From Nitrospinota bacterium (lineage in GTDB: Bacteria; UBA8248): DNA of 25,500 bases. The notes below the pieces were generated by a model. The model was not told the DNA's origin, searched no databases, and saw only the letters and a list, made by a program, of their open reading frames with translations. Position 1 is the stretch's first letter; each line of letters begins with the position of its first letter. Location: contig JAYGFR010000264.1 in the NCBI GenBank assembly GCA_046581755.1, positions 1-25,500 of the forward strand, given 5' to 3'. Positions 24,489-25,500 of the stretch are shown here, one piece after another. The position numbers and the translations under genes were made by a program.

Positions 24489-25481
24489 CTAATGATTGGC
24501 CGAGGCCCAGGAAAACGTCACGCCGTGCGGCGCGCGGCCGGTCCGGACCCGGACGAGAATTTTGAGATTCCCGGCGTCGAGGACGTGAATATAATTCCGG
24601 TAGCGGCTGGTCACCCAAAGCTCGCGCCCGTCGGGGGTGGCGCTCATCATGTCCGGCCCGCCGGGGATGCGGATTTTCCCCAGGACGGCCCGGCTCACCG
24701 GGTCCACGATTGAGATGGTGTCGGCGTTCCGGTTGGCGACAAATAGCCGCTTTCCGTCCGAGGAGAGCGCCAGCCCGTGGGCTCCTTTGCCGGTGGCGAT
24801 TTTTTCTTTTACTTCCAGGGTTTCGATATCCAGCACGGCCACCTTTCCCTCGCCGTAGAGGGCGACGAAAACTTCTTTGCCGTCCGGGGAGAGGATAATG
24901 TCCACCGGCCGCGCTCCGACGGTGATCTGTTTCTTGAGCTTCCAGGTGGCGGTGTCGATGGCGGAGACGGTGCGGGACCTCTCGTTCGTCACCAAAAACA
25001 GCGTGCCGTCCCGCGAGAAGATCATGTGGTTGGGCTCCCTGCCGGTCCATATCCGGTGGAGTTTTTTGAAGGTCCGGGCGTCGTAGACTTCCACAAACCC
25101 CTTGCGGGTGCCGCTGACGACCATGAATTTCCGCGCCGGGTCGAGGATGAAGCTGTAGGGGTCCAGGATATCCGGGATGACCCGGACCGGCTTGTGGGTC
25201 TTGATGTCCACCACCGTCAGGCTGTCGCTATGGGTGTTTCCCACATAGAGAAATTTCCCGTCCGGGCTGTGAAGAACATGATGCGGATAATCCCCCACCG
25301 GAAACGTGCGCACGACCTTCCGGGTTTTCCGGTCGATGATGGAAACCGAGTCCGAATCACTGTTGGTGGTGTAAATCATCTGATCCCGGCTGGCATCGGC
25401 TCCGGTCATCCCCCAAGAGAGGCCCGTCAATACCGTCAAACCCGCCACAGCGGCGCACCACGCAAACCAACGCAATTTCAT
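24489..25481 (-). CDS. Secreted YVTN/YncE-type beta-propeller repeat protein
   Basis: Signal-peptide-like N-terminus, then about 7 repeats of roughly 42 aa with consensus VG..P..(I/V)..SPDGK.LYV.N..S.TVS.ID. Confidence 0.88.
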   Translation of the reverse strand: MKLRWFAWCAAVAGLTVLTGLSWGMTGADASRDQMIYTTNSDSDSVSIIDRKTRKVVRTFPVGDYPHHVLHSPDGKFLYVGNTHSDSLTVVDIKTHKPVRVIPDILDPYSFILDPARKFMVVSGTRKGFVEVYDARTFKKLHRIWTGREPNHMIFSRDGTLFLVTNERSRTVSAIDTATWKLKKQITVGARPVDIILSPDGKEVFVALYGEGKVAVLDIETLEVKEKIATGKGAHGLALSSDGKRLFVANRNADTISIVDPVSRAVLGKIRIPGGPDMMSATPDGRELWVTSRYRNYIHVLDAGNLKILVRVRTGRAPHGVTFSWASANH

Positions 25482-25500
25482 CGAATCCAGACCTCCATAA

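Noticed and set aside
24489..25481. Beta-propeller as nitrite reductase NirS or NirF
   Set aside because: No CxxCH heme motif and no nir genes in the window; only generic YVTN-type repeats.

Overview
GC-rich bacterial chromosomal window with about 27 coding regions and no rRNA, tRNA, CRISPR array or mobile element that I can support. In order: 3' end of a Zn-dependent alcohol dehydrogenase; enolase-superfamily (mandelate racemase-like) enzyme; four-gene TatT/DctP/DctQ/DctM TRAP (TPAT-type) transporter; SAM methyltransferase; bioA; a GerMN protein paired with an apparently inactive N-acetylmuramoyl-L-alanine amidase; a lipoprotein; a DUF2007-like protein; a second methyltransferase; a Gfo/Idh/MocA oxidoreductase; a cupin-cupin-(DGLPVVPPT protein)-UGSC protein-EamA cluster; ABC-F ATPase; yajQ; BON lipoprotein; a disrupted metallophosphoesterase; four tandem 293-aa EamA/DMT paralogs; a KynB-like cyclase-family hydrolase; and a YVTN beta-propeller protein. 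The main result is that the ORF track splits one gene (13872-14411) at an in-frame TGA. Read through, it gives D-U-G-S-C-S-S-C, followed immediately by a SECIS-like hairpin, so it is most likely a UGSC-family selenoprotein in an operon of unknown function. All calls come from motif recognition by eye; no database search was run.
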